Positions 24,050 to 38,230 of a DNA stretch of 64,000 bases are shown here, piece by piece (positions within the stretch are counted from its first letter, which is position 1; the number at the start of each line of letters is the position of its first letter). Source of the DNA: Eledone cirrhosa (Eukaryota); contig OZ024741.1 in NCBI GenBank assembly GCA_964016885.1, forward strand, positions 173,104,001 through 173,168,000, written 5' to 3'. The notes under the pieces are model-generated. The model was not told where the DNA came from. It did no database searches and was given only the letters and a program-made list of their open reading frames with translations. The position numbers and the translations under genes were made by a program.

Positions 24050-27000
24050 ACAACTTCAGGAGCATGTTGTGCAAGTGCTCCCTTCTTCCTTTTGTTCTCT
24101 TCTTTAACCTACAGGCTTATAAACAGAGAAGGCCCAATCACTCGGGCCATTTTCGTTTCATTCACCCACCTTTCAGTAAATTTACTGGGGTGCAGTGCCT
24201 CTCTCTCCACTCTGATTCTCCTTCTAAAGTGATACTTAAAGAAGAGAATCAATTGTTGTCCGGAGAGAAAGAAAGGCATCTGTCCTCAGTCCTCTCAATC
24301 GCGTCCACCATATAACCTATTTCACCATAGCCACTGTACAGAGGAAAACCGCCTCTCTTTCGTTTTTGAAAGAGGCTGGCGGTTTGCTCCTTACTATGGA
24401 CTCGGAAGTCAACTGGATTTGTCCCATACGCGACAGCAGTTGTTCTGCATAGTTCCACAGGTCGCTTACGCCGGGGCAGTGTACAATTGCGTGCAAGACA
24501 ATTTCAGTGTCCTGCTCGCATCTTGGACACGTCCTCTTGGAAAGATCCCTGCCGGGGCGTCCGTGCCTGTAGATCTTATCTCGAACGGGTAGAGCTCCTC
24601 GGTAGCACTGCAAGGCCAGGGACCTCTGGAAGTTGTCCATGGGTCCCGAGCGGAAAGTCCTACCGAACAGACTGGTGAGCTCATCGTCTTCGACGCCTAG
24701 AGTCTCACCGAGCACGTCGTCGCACTTATGTCGAAGTGGAGTCTCCACTGATTGCTGTGCCCGCTTGAGAGAAGACTGTGAGAGCCTGGGCGAATTCAAT
24801 GTGCCAGGCGCCCACCTTCTTCGGTCTTCGCTTCACTCAGGACTGCAGCTCCGCCAGCGAGACAAGTTGTGTGAAGGCCTGTCTCACAAACGGTTCCCAC
24901 ACCGGTTGGTCGGTGAGAAATATCTGGAGATGCCGCAGCCTCAGCGCATGTTTGCGCATCACTAGCCACGGCATGCCCAGCCCTCCGTTGGAAGGGTGTT
25001 GACAGCAGACGGATCTCCTCACCAGTGGAGCCTGCTTCTTCCACAGGAACTGGAAGAGCATGCGTTCCACAGGGACAAAGCACGACAGTCAAGCGGTAGT
25101 AGATGACGGACGCTATGAAAGTGTTCGCCACCTCCGCTCGACCTTTCAAAGACAGTTTGCACTCTGCCCACTTCTGGGTGAGCGCAAATACCTTGGTCAT
25201 GACCTCGTTCTAGGTTTTCTCCACCTGGAGGTCTGGACCGAACCAGACCCCGAGCAATTTCACCGACGCTATCGAACGGCATCGGTTTGCCTCTCCACGT
25301 TCCGAGTTACAAACCGACAGACTTGTCCGGGTTCAGTTTTGCTCCTGTGAACCTTTCGTACTCCTGTAGTAGGTTGCCGATTACCTTGATTTCCGAGGTT
25401 TTCGACACCATTACCGTCACATCGTCGGCATAACCCGACGCCGCTTTTCGCAGTCCCGGTTCTAAAAGGATGCCCTGCAAAAGCTCCAACTTCCGCAGTA
25501 GTGGCTCTAGAGTCAATACGTACAGAATAGAGGAGAGAGGGCATCCCTGTCGAATGGAACGCGTGATTTCGAACGGCTCCGATAGGTAGCCGTTCACCTT
25601 GACCCTCGAGCAGATGCCGGTGTGCATCGCCTTGATCCAACCCCTGAAAACGGGGCCGAAACCGGCCGCCTTGAGAACCGCTTCCAAGTATCGATGGTCG
25701 ACCCTATCGAATGCCTTAGACTGATCTAAATTGATCAGAGCCCCACCGAAGCCGGGTTTACACCCCACTCTCTCTATGATGTATCGCATGAAATGGACTT
25801 GGTCGGGATTGCACACGTTTGCGCTTTCCCTACTATGTTTTCGACGACCAGCGCCAGCCTCGTTGCTAGCACCTTGGCCAAAATCTTTAACTCTGTGTTG
25901 AGCAGAGTTATGTGCCTGAAATTGTTTATTTCGTCCCCCTTGTTCTCGTCTTTCCTGATCAGCGTTACTACGCCCTTGCCTGCAGAACTAGGAATTGCCC
26001 CGTTCTGCTGCCAATTGCAGTAGATGGCTTCGAGGACGCCAGAGAACAAGTCGGGCATGCCTATGTAAAACTCATAGGGTAGACCATCTAGACCGGGTGA
26101 TTTGCGTTTCCCGCAGCGGCCCAGAGTATCTCAGTGGCTGTGATCGGTCTTTCGCAGAACTAGGCGTCCATGCTCGAGAGACGCGGCAGGCCATCTAGGT
26201 ATGAACCAAAGTCCATTGCCCCGTTCGGTGCACCGTCGTTCTGCTCAAACAGTCGCGCAAAGTGCCGCTGAAAGGCCGCGCACAACTGCCTGGGGTCAAG
26301 TAGCACGCGTCCGTTTTGGTCTTTCAAAGACCGAATCGTGGACTTGTTGCCACTTTTCGCTTCCGACACTTGGGCCCAGCTTCCATCTTTCGCTCCTTCG
26401 TTTCCTAGAGCACGTGATTTACTTCTGACCACGCAGCCTTCGTGTTTCGCGTCGAAGAACTGGTCCAGTGCCGTTCTCGATGCTAGCACTCTAACTGCGT
26501 TGCCACTCCTAAGCGCCTCTTCTACCTTGGCTACTAGTTCTGTTTCTGATTTGTTTTTCTCTAAAGCTAATTCTCTGCTAAACCCTATCGATTCTACTCT
26601 AATTGCTCTCTTGAGAGAGTACCACCATCTATTGTTGACGATGGCTCCCGTCAACTCTTGCTTAACTAATCTACTTATCCGTTCACTGTAGGCTTTTCGT
26701 GCCGGCAACGACACGTTCAGCTTCCAGTATCCGGGTCCTTGACTATGTATTTTATCACGGTTGACTATGCAGACGACTAGTTTGTGATCTGAATAGGCAA
26801 CCATGTGCATTTGTGGACAGCTTAACAACTCCTTGTCCTTTTCTCTAATGAAAAGCTTATCTAGATACGATCTAGATGTCCCGCTACAGTTTGCCCACGT
26901 CCACTGTGGTGCAGTCGGGAAATCTAGTCGATATCTATCGGCCAGTTGGAATTGGCCGATTAGATTTTTGAGGCTGTTGCACCCCGCTCTACTGGGAGAT

Positions 27001-27461
27001 GCTCCCACATAGTCCCATCGTGCATCTAGGATACCATTCCAGTCTCCCACTAAAAGCAAGGAGCGAGACTTTCCTAGAAAAAACTCTAGATGCTTAAAGA
27101 AGTCTGGCCGCGATTGTGATTGCCCGGTCGGAGCATAAACGGCCCCCAGTCTTAAGGCTCCACCTCCAATACTGTTCACGTCTAAGACTACCAGTCTACC
27201 CTCCGGGTCCAAGTGTACTTTCTGTACTTCGAGGCCCAGGTTTTTCCGAAACATGACAGTCACTCCCCCTCCACCTCCCGACTGACAGAGAAATGCGTAG
27301 ATCTCAAAGTCGTCGAAGATGGGGGTTAGTTGCTTCCTGCTGTGGATCCTGGACTCGGTGATGGCTATTACATCTATACCGTGTGACCTAAGGTCGTTTA
27401 AAAGTTGGCCCTGTTTCCAGGGCCAACGCACATTCACGCTTCCAACTCGTAAGTCAGCCAT
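24050..27461 (-). pseudogene. LINE ORF2 (APE endonuclease - RT - zinc finger), multiple frameshifts
   Basis: ORF track pieces 26160-27461, 25774-26058, 25307-25816, 24796-25200, 24837-25070, 24317-24799; VGSVNV, GDWN and SDH motifs. Confidence 0.9.
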
Positions 27462-28067
27462 GTTGGAGAAGAGTTGGCGAAAAGGACGAAAAGGTGCACT
27501 TACCTTTTCGTTTCTTGGAGATCGGGTTGTTCAATCTCCATTTCAGTTCTGGTGGGGGTGTTAAGTGGGGTGGGGAAACATTTCAACAAGACACGGTTTA
27601 TTGGTTTTTGGCAGGGGTTGCCAACGTCCTATGAAAACTGTTCTTTCAATTTCTGATAGGTTTCTATCGAAACTCTTATTAGTTTTAGGTGTGGTTGAGA
27701 GTCTGCTTTTTCAAAGTTTTCCCCTCAGTTTCTACTTTGGGGTCTTGGGAGATGACCTCCATTAGGTTTTTGTTGTTTGTGTTAATGTATGTGTATTGTT
27801 GTTTGTTTTTTGTTTTTTTGTGTTGTTTTTGTTTGTTGTTCATTTTGTAGTTTTCTTTTCATGGAGGGCATTTGTGTTTGGGGTGGTGTTGGTGTTTGTT
27901 TTGCTGGTAGGGGAGGGTGATTGTGGTGGTGTTTGTGTTGTTGTTTGTTGGTGGTTGTTGTTTTTGTGGCTTTGTGGTGTCTCTTTTTTGTTTTTTTTTG
28001 TTTACGAGGCTCTCCTTCATCTTCACTTGGGGATGGAGAAGTAGCCTCGTCTGGTAATGAATCGTCA

Positions 28068-28670
28068 TCAGGGGCGTGTGGGAGGGGGTATGTTGTGTGG
28101 TGATGGTGTGTTTGTGTGTGTGTGATTGTGGTAGTGTTGGATGGAGTGGGATGGGGTGGGACTGTGTTTTTCAGGGGAATTGTTTGTGTTTTTTCTGTTG
28201 TTTGTGGTTGAACAGTTGTTTGTTTTTGTGCGTTTGCTTGTTTTGTGTGTTGTTGTTGTTGTGGTTTTGGAGTTGGTGTTGGTAAAAGTACTTTTTTTTG
28301 GGGGGGGGGGGGGTCGTAAGAGGGGACAGGAGGCCTTTAAATGCGATGTGCTTGCGCATTTAAAACAATGTGGCCTTCCTCCATCTGCCGAAATGTGGGT
28401 GTAATTGGTATTGTCTACTGGCACCCTTTCTGGTATATTGGAAATTCTGTCCGGTTTCATTTGGACCAAAATTTCCAAACTTGTGCCGTTCCAGGTGTTT
28501 CTTGTGGATTTTTGAATCGACAGTATTGTGTCTTCAACTTCCTCCAAGGACCCTGCCAGAATCCACCAGATGTTAATGTTGGGTGGTATATTGGTGATGT
28601 TTATTCTTTGTGTTCTTTTTCCCATGTATGTAGGGAAAAAGGTGTGTGTGGCAGAGGTGACCGGAGTCAC
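28068..28670 (-). pseudogene. LINE ORF1 fragment with zinc knuckle
   Basis: CFKCASTSHLKASC followed by a Pro/Thr/Asn-rich tract. Confidence 0.8.
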
Positions 28671-29073
28671 TGTATATTTTTTCGCAAGGGCCTCACTTTT
28701 GAAGAGTACCGAAATGCTTCCATATAGTTTAGCCCTTGTATGTATTGTATTTCCGGCATTGCCTCTTTCAAGACGATTTCAATTTCGCCTTGAGTAAGGA
28801 AAGCCGGTTTTTTTTTTGTTTGTTCAAAATCGTGCGAAAAATCACAGTCCTTCGCATAGTGTCGGCTTTGATTTGTGGCAGAGAGGAGATAGATAGATAA
28901 ACACCTTACTTATCCACTAATTAAATATAACTGCTTTTCAAATTTAATAAGCTGTATGACTGTCTCAGCATTTTCTTATTTCAACTCGGTCGATCTACTT
29001 TCCCATTCACCTAATTTTTTATTTCCTTAGGGTGTATTCATGGGGGGGGGAAAGTACTATTTGGATGGCCGTT

Positions 29074-29151
<78 letters not shown>

Positions 29152-29155
<4 letters not shown>

Positions 29156-29400
29156 TGATGGCTTCAAACTCGTGTTCGAGCATTGCCATCACCCGATAAA
29201 ATGCTAAAAAATGTGAGGTACGAATGTAGCTCTTTAAACCAGCGAAAGACTTGCACCCTCTGGCACATACATGGCAGCTGTAGGCTCCGCCGGGACTTTC
29301 CATTGCTTTATTCTGGCTGTGTGTCCTCGTGTGTCTTTTAAGACTCGACCACAGTGCTGGCAAACCAGATGATGTTCAACAGCAGGCAGTTCAGAACACT
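29152..29400 (-). mobile_element. RTE-like LINE 3' end
   Basis: Terminal C2H2-like YSCHVCARGCKSFAGLKSYIRTSH followed by a short UTR ending GCCATCATGTATG. Confidence 0.65.
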
Positions 29401-30029
29401 CTCTTTTCCTTACCTTCCTTTACATACATACTTACACACAAACACACACATACATACATACATACGTACGTACTTACACACTGACACACACACATGCATA
29501 CATATACACATACATACATATATACATATATTCATAGATACATACATACGTATATTCATACGTACTTACATACATACATACGTACATGTATACACCAGAC
29601 GCGCACACAAGCATACATACACACATACATACACATATACATATATTCATAGATACATACATACATATATTCATACGTACGTACACACATACATACGTAC
29701 ATGTATACACCAGACGCGCACACATGCATACATACACACATACATACACATATACATATATTCATAGATACATACATATATTCATACGTACGTGCATACA
29801 TACATACATGCATACATACATGCATATATATATACATACATGCATGCACATAGACACACACACATACATGCATACATACACATATACACATATTCATGCA
29901 TACATAGATACATACATACTTATATTCATATAAAATACATACATACGTACGTACATACATACATACATACATACATACATACATACATACATACATACAT
30001 ACATACATACATACATACATACATACATA

Positions 30030-30642
30030 CATGGTGGCTGCCAACTCGTTTTCGAGTACGGCCACTACTTTATATCCATGTAGGAGAACCCCTACCGATG
30101 CGCTGAACGAGTGTGACTATTTAGTCCAGCCAGCGACTTGAAAACTCTGGTACAAACACTACACTTGTGACAATTATTGACACATAGTGCTGGGCCCACG
30201 GTACCATGTCACGACAAGTGCAGAGAGATCTCCAGATATAAAGCAATGCCTGTGCCGTGAAGCTTTTATAGTGAGCAAAGGCACTGCACAAAGCCAGTCC
30301 CACTCTCTTAACCAAGATGATATGTACCAAAAAGAAGAACAAGTCAACATCATTGGATACCATCAGGGTTGCAGGTGTTATATCAGAGTTTTCCTTCTCC
30401 TAGAATTCTGCCTTGACAAAGGCTAAGGGGTCATCTCTCCCGGTGATTTTGGATGGCCATTGACTCTTAACAGCTCCTTTGCCCTTTGACAGGTTTTGTT
30501 TTTAGTCCTGCAGGATGTCCAAAGTCACCCTCCTCACCAAGAAACCTTGGTAGGGTTGCCAGTTTAGACGCCAACGACCCGACCATGGGACAGGTTGTAC
30601 TGGGATACATGTTACTAGTAGCACCAACTGGTGACCTGACAT
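30030..30642 (-). mobile_element. Non-autonomous RTE-related element in (CATA)n; family also at 41885-42035, 42125-42500, 51554-52437, 53560-54090
   Basis: Shared 5' block TACTGG..CCAGTACAACCTGTCCCATGGTCGGG..GAGGAGGGTGA and 3' tail GCAGCCA(T/C)CATGTATG. Confidence 0.7.
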
Positions 30643-32046
30643 AATACATACATACATATTGCAATGAAAATATAAAATAGAATAACGTCTGTTGCAGATG
30701 TCTTCTACTTCCATATTCTACTAATTAACGACCTCATATTACCATTATTATTGGATGCTGCTAATTTCACACAATGGCTGACAACGTTCAAGTGAAATGT
30801 ATTCGGGCAATCCACTGTATCTTCGTCTATATTGATATAATTGTTTTGTAATTTCCGTTCAGAAATTTGTCTTTTGTATCTTATTTCAACAATTGCTGTC
30901 CAATTATAATTAAAAGGATGTCAGCTGTTTTCCATTCTTCGCTCGGCTTAACATTTTAATCCGTAAATATCTTGATACAGTTGTATATTGTGATAGAGCT
31001 AGGTTGGTGACGGTGTGTATTGTACATATCGCTCACTTACAATGGCCTCTTTCCATATTCCGACAGGAAAATCCAAACAAAACGAAACACTTTGTTTTAA
31101 AAATATATACATTTAAATAATTGGCGTCTCTTACTTGCAATATCTTCCTCTCATAATCCGACAGAAAACAATGTCTTTTTTTTTTTTAGTTCTCTGTTAA
31201 GAATATTAACATGCCTACCTTCTAATCCCCTCACTCTCTCACCCCACTCGTCTTCTCAGCCAATAAGACCGCGACTGCAGTGAAAGGAAGGTATGGAAAT
31301 ATGTGTGTATTTCATTGCTGTTGTTTAGCCTCAGTCATGTTCAAGCAGATTTGTGGTCGAAGACACTCCAGCCGCGTCCATCTCTTCTTTTACCAATGCG
31401 CAGTGAATCCACGACCACATAATCAAGCGTGTCCTTTTCTAGGAGGGTGGTGCACGTTTTGTTCTACACATCGATCCATCCTAGGACGATTTCAATACTA
31501 TATCTGGTTTTCTACGAGAAGCGGTGGCTGGGCCCTCAAGCATCCATTCTTCGTTTTTAGAGAAAGGAACGCTATGTTATTCCCCCACGACCCTTCTCAT
31601 GGAGCAATGTAGTGAGAGGGAATAATTGAATCCAACCCAGGCGCATAGCTTCAGTTTTCGGAACGTTAAGTGGATAAGAGACAAATCTATTTCAGGACAG
31701 GACGCCGCGCTTGCCTATCACAGGTTTCATTTTCCACGGAAAGAATTGTACATTGTACTACAAGTTAGCGATGTATTTGTTCATATCTTTGCCCAACCTT
31801 GATAGCTTCTCAGCTCGTTTCTCTGTACACATAATCAACCTATTCAAAACCTCGTTATAGTTTCTATCCGTCTGGGGATCTAATCTGAACCAGACCCCAA
31901 TTATTTTAGCAGCTACCCACAACGTTAGCCAGTATGTACATCCACCACCACCACCAGGTGCCGAACTGATGCCTACTGACCTCTGCTTAATGAATGCTAC
32001 TGTTACCACTTCGTATTCCTTCGATTTCCTTCGATTTGACAGTGTA

Positions 32047-32259
32047 TTATAGTGAAATAAAATAACAAGGACGATTGGTTACTCCTTCATTACCTTTATT
32101 GGTTGGTGACGCGCGTTTCGCCACTGATCAGCTCAAGGTTCGATCTGTATCGATCTGACCCGACTCTGTAATCCGCTGGTCAGTGGCGAAACGAGCATCA
32201 TCAACCAATAAAGGTAATGAAGGAGTAACCAATTGTCCTTGTTATTTTATTTCCCTATA
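32047..32259. repeat. Fold-back (~85 bp arms) containing the 3' half of a hammerhead
   Basis: Minus-strand arm reads CAGTGGC-GAAACGCGCGTC-ACCAACCAATAAA; plus arm reads GAAACGAGCATC. Confidence 0.8.
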
Positions 32260-32262
32260 TAC

Positions 32263-32339
<77 letters not shown>

Positions 32340-32440
32340 GCTCCTACATTTTCTACGCAGAGCTTCGATTGTTCGATATTTTGCATACAATACAGTTTAC
32401 ATTCAAAAGCTGTTCAATTTAGCTACTTATCTGTCAGATG

Positions 32441-32515
32441 TCCTTTAGCTCAATGGTTAGAGAACTCGGCTGAAATTTAATAAATATACAGAGTTCGATT
32501 CTTCTTAACGGCTGC
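32441..32515 (+). pseudogene. tRNA-derived SINE head or tRNA relic
   Basis: TAGCTCAATGGTTAGAG A-box and GTTCGATTC B-box; no intact cloverleaf. Confidence 0.5.
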
Positions 32516-32632
32516 TGACTACATTTTCCGTCCAGGGGGTTATTTTATCCGATTTTCTAAGATTTTATTTATAGCAATCCACTGTGTTCACATTTATTTT
32601 TTGCATCTCGTACTCATTCTATATATATATAT

Positions 32633-33086
32633 AAGTTGCAATATCGGAAGGAGACCTTACTTTTGAGATTGCCCTCGTATATATATATATATACGAGGGC
32701 AATCTCAAAAGTAAGGTCTCCTTCCGATATTGCAACTTTTCCGTTAAAATCCTGTGGATGGTGCTTCGGGAAACCTCAGGAACCAAAATGCAGAGAGCAT
32801 CCAGAATGATCCGCCGATCTTTATGCATGTTTTCCTCGGAAGGAGACTTTACTTTTGGGATTGCCCTCGTAGATAATAACTACGCAAAATTTGCACTTGG
32901 CGGTAGCGTTCAACGGGAGCTCCATTCTCAACGGGTGCCAAGCCAAGATTGAGCATCCCAGAGAAGCGCGCGCATGCTTGTTTGGGAGTGAAGGAAGCAC
33001 CAATCACAACAGTGTTGCCAACAGCCGTACGAACAGTTTCTCTGCGTCCCCATCGCTTTGGAGGCCTTACTTTTGGGATTACCCTC

Positions 33087-33089
<3 letters not shown>
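32633..33089 (-). mobile_element. Rearranged mariner remnant with four TIR copies
   Basis: TIR TACGAGGG(C/T)AATC(C/T)CAAAAGTAA(G/A)G repeated; fragment VSRSTIHRILTEKLQYRK (mariner HTH region); ~105 bp palindrome 32633-32737 centred on (TA)n. Confidence 0.78.
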
Positions 33090-33146
<57 letters not shown>

Positions 33147-33668
33147 TATGTGTGTGTGTGTGTATATATATACATACATATACACACACATATATATATA
33201 TACATACACGGTGTTGCTAGGAGTACATGGATTTTAGCAGAGCGCCAGGCTATACAAACTTATTATCAAATTGGGAAATTGTAGCTCTGGTAAATCCACT
33301 TTTTTTCTCATTAAAACCATTAAATTAGCTGCCTTCTTCAATGAAATATGCCAACTGATGTGTGTCAGCCATCTATAAAAACGGCATCCATTCATTCCCG
33401 CCAATCTTATTAACTCATATAGTTATAGCCAGATAATTAAGCCCATCAATGTTTCTGCTTGAAAGGCATATTTGCATGCGTAGAAAAGTGTGTTTGAATG
33501 TGTCTGCATATGAGCATTTCACTGTCTACATGTGAGTGTGTAGGTTAGTATACTTATTTGCCTACATGTATAAGAATGTTTGAGCGTGCGTATGTGTATG
33601 TGTGCATATGTATTTGTGTGTGTGTGGGGGGGGCTAGATATGTACATAGAAGGATAATTATTTTCAAT

Positions 33669-33727
<59 letters not shown>

Positions 33728-33833
33728 CACACATATATATATGTATATATATATGTATATATATATATGTATATATATATATGTGTATATATATATATGT
33801 GTGTATATATATGTATATATATATATGTATATA

Positions 33834-33883
<50 letters not shown>

Positions 33884-33968
33884 CACACACACAGAGGGTG
33901 TGTGTCTGTATGTGTGAGAGAGAGTCTGTATGTGTGAGAGAGGGAGAGAGAGAGAGAGCGAGAGAGTG

Positions 33969-34033
<65 letters not shown>

Positions 34034-35161
34034 CAGTGACCGATTTTCACATTTAGACACTTTTATACCTAAAGACACGACGGACATATACAGTCTTTCC
34101 TGTAAACTCTAAGCAAGCATAAGTAGAATATGAACTGATAGTAAAGCAATGACCAAGCATTCAGGCAAACTATATCGCATGAATGAACGTTTTCTTGCAC
34201 ACATTTCATTAATTCTCAGTTAGTTCTCCTGTAACCAAACTACAATAACTTTCTTTGGAGATGTACAGCTTGCGTTCATCTTTATAGCCGCAGGTGCTTT
34301 GTTCTTGCAAAACAAGACGAAACGAAATAAAACAAAATATAATGAAAATGGAAAAAAAAATTACATGAAGCAGATCTTATTTTACTTTATTTACTGCGCT
34401 TATTTTTTTTTTTTTTTTTTCTTAGCAAAATAAATTACTATTTTTTATGTTCACAAGAGTAACAATAATCGAAGAAGAAGAGGTGAAAAAAATCGCTTTG
34501 CATTTGAATACCTCTAAGATGAGCTTAATAATGCTAATAGCAATAATGCTGATTTTGTGCATTAACACAAAGACAGGCATAAATTTGTTCTGTAGGATTG
34601 GTAGAATTTTTTTTGGGTCTCTCTCGAGATTTGAACTTGAAAAATGTGTGTATATATGTAAATAGTGTTTTGTTTTGTTTTTTACAATGACAACCAGTTC
34701 AGTATATCTCAGAAGAACCTGTGTTAGCGTGGTAATGATGCACAAAAATATTTTAGGAATAGAAAATAATGGTTTCTGATTTAGGCACAAGGCCGGCAAT
34801 TTAGGGGAGGGAAAAGTCGATTAAATCGACCGCCAGTGCTTACCAGTACTTTATGTTATCGACCCCGTAGGGATGAAAGGCAAAGATAACCTCGACGGGA
34901 TTTGAACTCAGAACGTAAAGGGTCGTAACTGTATGCTGTGAAGATGGTGTCCGACGCTCTACCGATACTGCCACTCCATCTCCCTAGTAACTATATCAAG
35001 CGTTAAACTAATATATTTCTTCATTATACTGTATTGATTGCTTTGTTGTTTCCATTTACTTTTCGCATACATACATACATACATACATACATACATACAT
35101 ACATACATACATACTATATATTTGAGAGTGTATGCGCGCGTGTGTATGTGTGTGTGTGTGC

Positions 35162-35236
<75 letters not shown>

Positions 35237-35266
35237 TGTATGTGTGTGTGTGGTGTGTGGGTGTGT

Positions 35267-35363
<97 letters not shown>

Positions 35364-36090
35364 GCCGAAAGGCTCTGAAACGGTGCGTGCAAGAGAAAAG
35401 GGAATTTCATTTTCGAAATCTGCATCCCAATGAGAAGGTTCTTGGGCATATGGAGTTTCTTCATTCCGAAAAGAATAAAAGAAAAAGAAAAAAATAGAAA
35501 ATAGTAATCGCATCAATCACCGTTACTGTGACAATTTAAGCAGCCTGGCTTGTTTTGGTCGTTTCGTGTATTCCTTCAATGTGACATTATTATTCCGTTC
35601 ATCGGGCGGTGAATTGGCAGTATCGGTAGAGGGTTGGACGCCATGCTTTCTAGCATAGTTACGTCCCTTTACAGTCTTAGTTCAAATCCCGAGGTTAACT
35701 TTGCCTTTCATCCTTACGGGGTCGATAAAATAAAGTACCAGTAATGTACTGAGTAATTGCTGGCCTTGTGCCTAAAGTCGAAACAATTATTATTCTGTTC
35801 ATCCATGCCGTCGACAGGAGACATTGTTTTCGCTATGAGGCAGAGAGTGTCTTCACAGAAATCACCCGATGTTTACACGAAGACGCTCACGCTAAAATAC
35901 ATAACAAGCCATTGATACCACTTCAGCATCCAGCTCCACTCAGTAAATTTCAATAGACACCACTTTGTGGACGATTGATGATTCAGAGACGGGCCACGGG
36001 GAATAAGTAACGGGAGATGAAGCACGGGGAAGTCAAGGTCTGACATGGAATTTTAAAAAAATTGAAAGAAAGCATTCTATGGTGAAAATT

Positions 36091-36118
36091 GCCCAGCAAC
36101 GACGGGTTACTCTGCTAG
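36091..36118 (+). mobile_element. Helitron 3' terminus
   Basis: CCCAGCAACGACGGG..CTGCTAG|T, similar to 18255-18282. Confidence 0.6.
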
Positions 36119-37024
36119 TATATATTTATATATATATATATACAGCTCTCACAGCTATTGATTTCGATTCTTTTTAATAATCTCATTTAGCTGACTGAGG
36201 TTTTTTTGTTGTTCTTGTTGCTGTACATTCTCTTTGGTTTATTATTTATTATTATGTGAAGGTAATGGTGGCTGTGTATGGGTGAGGGTGGATGTGTGTG
36301 CGTGCATGTGTTTTGTAACTTTATGGTTTCTTCGGCTGTAGCTGCGTGGAAGTACATTTGTATCAAATGTAAATAATATCAATTACCTTCAGTGCATTAG
36401 TCGGAGAGACAAAACACGATACACACACATACACACACACACACATACACACACACACATACACACACACACACATACACACACACACACACACACGTGT
36501 GTGTGTAGTGGATAAATGTATTCTTTTCGGGAGGAATGATAAAAAGAATAATGGTTTCTTATATAGGTACAAGGCCAGCAATTTTGGGGGGGAGGGGAAA
36601 GTTGATTAAATCGACTCCAGTGCGTGACTGGTACTTTATTTTATCGACCCCGTAAGGATGAAAGGCAAAGTTAACCTCGGCGGGATTTGAGGAATGATAA
36701 AAAGAATAATTGTTTCTACTTTAGGCACAAGGCCAGCATTTACCCAGTGCATTACTAGTACTTTATTTTATCGACCCCGTAAGGATGAAAGGCAAAGTTA
36801 ACCTCGGCGGGATTTGAACTCAGATCGTAAAGGGACGTAACTATGCTGGAAAGCATGGCGTCCGACCCTCTACCGATACTGCCAATCCACGTGATGTTGA
36901 CAATGTTTATTTTACAATAACAATATTCAGTTGTTGGTGCATCGAATATCTAGTAATAAAATTGTGACAGTAATTGTCACTACATTAATTTGCTCACTAG
37001 CTTCTTCGAGCTAGCGTAAATGCA

Positions 37025-37686
37025 TGTATCATAACACGATATAGTAAAAGTTGTGTTGTATCTTACTGTAGTACAATATAACAGGAAGACGGAAGAATAG
37101 ATAAAGCGTAGACGTAAACAATATGAAACCTATGTGTGAGTGTGTGTCTATTCTTAGTATACGTTATTCCTGTAGTAGTGGTCATGTGAGAGCATAGTAA
37201 ATAAACTGGTTTTCGTGAAGAGAAATGTCACAGTGTTAGCAGAACTTTCTTCTCTTGTCTGTGTTATCACAATGTCTGGTGGTGTAGTCTGTGGCCGAGA
37301 AGGTGAGAGCCAGTAAGGCCAGGAGAGAGAGAGAGTAAAAGGATCGTAGACGTCAGTAGAAGTCTGTAGACCCCAAGGGGTCTGTAGGAAGCGAATGTTT
37401 CACATCGTTATTCTCTCAAGGACTGCTGCTTCGTGGTCTCTCCCTGGTGGATTCCCTTTTATATAACCCTATAGCTAGAAGGATATGTGTATGGGTTGAT
37501 TTATGAGTAACCATGTGTGTTTCATCTGTCAATAAGCTGGGGTCACAGGTCAAGTGGTATATACGTTTATCATAGTTGTTTCTTGACAAGACAATGGTGG
37601 GAAACTCCCAACAATAGGTGGTTTTAGAGGCGAGAAACCACAGATTCGGTTTCGAATCTTCGCCGGTAAAGCACAGGAGTTTTCCG

Positions 37687-37691
<5 letters not shown>
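37025..37691 (-). mobile_element. Possible solo LTR
   Basis: TGTAAC...GATACA ends and an internal TATATAAAAGGG; no TSD found. Confidence 0.35.
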
Positions 37692-37763
<72 letters not shown>

Positions 37764-37864
37764 CCGGGTGTCCCCAATAAATGTATACATATTTTGATTA
37801 CCTGTACAGGGCAATATTTATTAGAATGCTATTGAAGTGCGTATACATTTTTGGGGACACTCTG
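37764..37864. mobile_element. ~100 bp Tc1/mariner-type MITE; second partial copy 39285-39385
   Basis: TIR C(A/C)GGGTGTCCCCAATAAATGTATAC / GTATACATTTTTGGGGACACTCTG in a TA context. Confidence 0.7.
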
Positions 37865-37959
37865 TGTATATGTATATATATATAAGGACTCAGCTGCTCG
37901 AAATTACACTTAACGACCAACATTTATCACTATTTTATTATTATTACAAGTTGTTTAGA

Positions 37960-38230
37960 TATTAGAGGGTTCGGCTCACCATCGTACATTTGTGAATTCA
38001 ATTCTCAGCACCACATTGTGTTCTTGAGCAAGACAATTTATTTCACTTTTCTCCAGTTCATGCTGTTGGGAAAAAATTAGTTGTACTTTTATTTGAAAGA
38101 ACCAAGTAATGTCACTTACTCTGTCACGTTGAATCTCCAAAGGTAAAGGTTTCTCTGTGATGCTCAGCCACTTGCACGTTAATTTCATAAGCAGGCTGTT
38201 CTGTTTATCGAAACAACTGGAACACTACGA
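37960..38230 (+). mobile_element. Second SINE family; another copy at 41480-41760 (-)
   Basis: Shared TTGTGTTCTTGAGCAAGACA..TATTTC..CTCCAGT and CTCAGCCACTTGCACGTTAATT..AGCAGG blocks. Confidence 0.6.

Larger units (their letters stand above)
23872..28880 (-). mobile_element. Near full-length Tx1/L1-clade LINE, degenerate, flanked on both sides by (GATA)n
   Basis: ORF1 with CCHC knuckle; ORF2 APE endonuclease, RT (FRHITLLNTELKILAK, NLDQSKAFDRV, RQGCPLS, YADD) and C-terminal CPRC..HAIVHC; AATAAA before the (TATC)n tail. Confidence 0.92.

Noticed and set aside
32441-32515. Functional tRNA gene
   Set aside because: A and B boxes are present but the acceptor and anticodon stems do not pair.
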